DNA of 63,467 nt, filler included, from Octopus bimaculoides (Eukaryota), in NCBI RefSeq assembly GCF_001194135.2. It is 5 parts of 5 records of this genome, joined end to end, with 100 filler letters (N's around TTAATTAATTAA, not from the genome) between each part and the next. Parts side by side here need not be neighbours in the genome. Positions count along the whole stretch, not along the records: positions 62,007 to 63,467 come from NW_026382132.1; 4 more parts are not named here. The stretch is one strand, 5' to 3'. A program made the position numbers and the translations under genes. Of this stretch, positions 62,872 through 63,467 are shown piece after piece. The notes beneath the pieces are model-generated. The model made no database searches. It saw only the letters and a list, made by a program, of their open reading frames with translations, and was not told where the DNA came from. Numbering within the stretch: position 1 is the stretch's first letter; each line of letters begins with the position of its first letter.

Positions 62872-63467
62872 CTTTCCCCCATCCCAGGCCACAGACCCAC
62901 ACCTCCAACACCCACACCGTCAGGATTGGCACTCTCAACGTCGGCACGCTGAAAGGTAGGTCTGGTGAGATTGTTGAGAAGCTTGAACGGAGACGCATAG
63001 ATTTTTGCTTCATCCAAGAAGTAAGATGGAGAGGAGGTTTTGCTAGGTTCCTCACAGGCAAAGAACACAGGTACAAGATTTTCTAGGCACACTGACGGGG
63101 TCGGGGGCGTGGGAATACTTCTTGCAGAGAAATGGGTGGATAAGGTAATCGAGGTAGTCAGAGTATGTGACAGAGTGCTTAAGATTAGACTAGTGCTTTA
63201 TCATAGGTTAGCTACCACCATCTCAGCCTATGCTCATCAACCGGGGCTACCGGATGGGCTAAAATACCAATTCTATGACACCCTCTTGCAAACTACCTCG
63301 TTGACAAATGACAGGGACCTTCTCTTTGTGGTTGGTGACTTCAATGGTCATGTTGGACGTCATGCTGGAGGCTTCCATGGCATACATGGAGGCTATGGCT
63401 TCGGTTTTCGCAATGAGGAAGGAACCAGACTGCTGGAGTTCTGTGATGCAAACGATCTTGTGGTTTG
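62872..63467 (+). mobile_element. RTE LINE 5' part: APE endonuclease, continues beyond the window
   Basis: RIGTLNVGTLKGRS...IQEVRW, GVGILLAEKWVD, ISAYA, GDFNGHVG, RNEEGTRLLEFC; one stop/frameshift near 63085. Confidence 0.92.

Overview
AT-rich, microsatellite-dense animal genomic DNA. The repeat landscape (tRNA-SINEs with internal microsatellites, RTE/CR1/Dong-R4 LINEs, Penelope, mariner) suggests a coleoid cephalopod, probably Octopus; that is inference, not a database hit. The only host coding sequence I can support is the terminal exon (TM7 plus C-tail) of a metabotropic glutamate receptor-like class C GPCR, minus strand 60023-60364. The rest is intergenic or intronic DNA full of decayed transposons, with about 10 sized N-gaps and four 100-bp scaffold joins (44N-TTAATTAATTAA-44N). 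Best-supported items: (1) a complete 1.6-kb gag-protease-only LTR element with LTRs, PBS, PPT and 5-bp TSD, plus an empty-site paralog about 8 kb downstream; (2) a 555-bp long-TIR element with 9-10 bp TSD whose TIRs each carry an octamer plus CCAAT module; (3) one SINE head carrying two different tails, each matching a LINE in this window; (4) a roughly 24-kb CpG-depleted block suggesting a hidden methylated gene body; (5) several near-perfect hairpins or foldbacks and a tail-to-tail RTE pair. I found no CRISPR array, rRNA or true tRNA gene, and no convincing wholly new multi-gene system. Most long ORFs in the supplied track are microsatellite or N artefacts.
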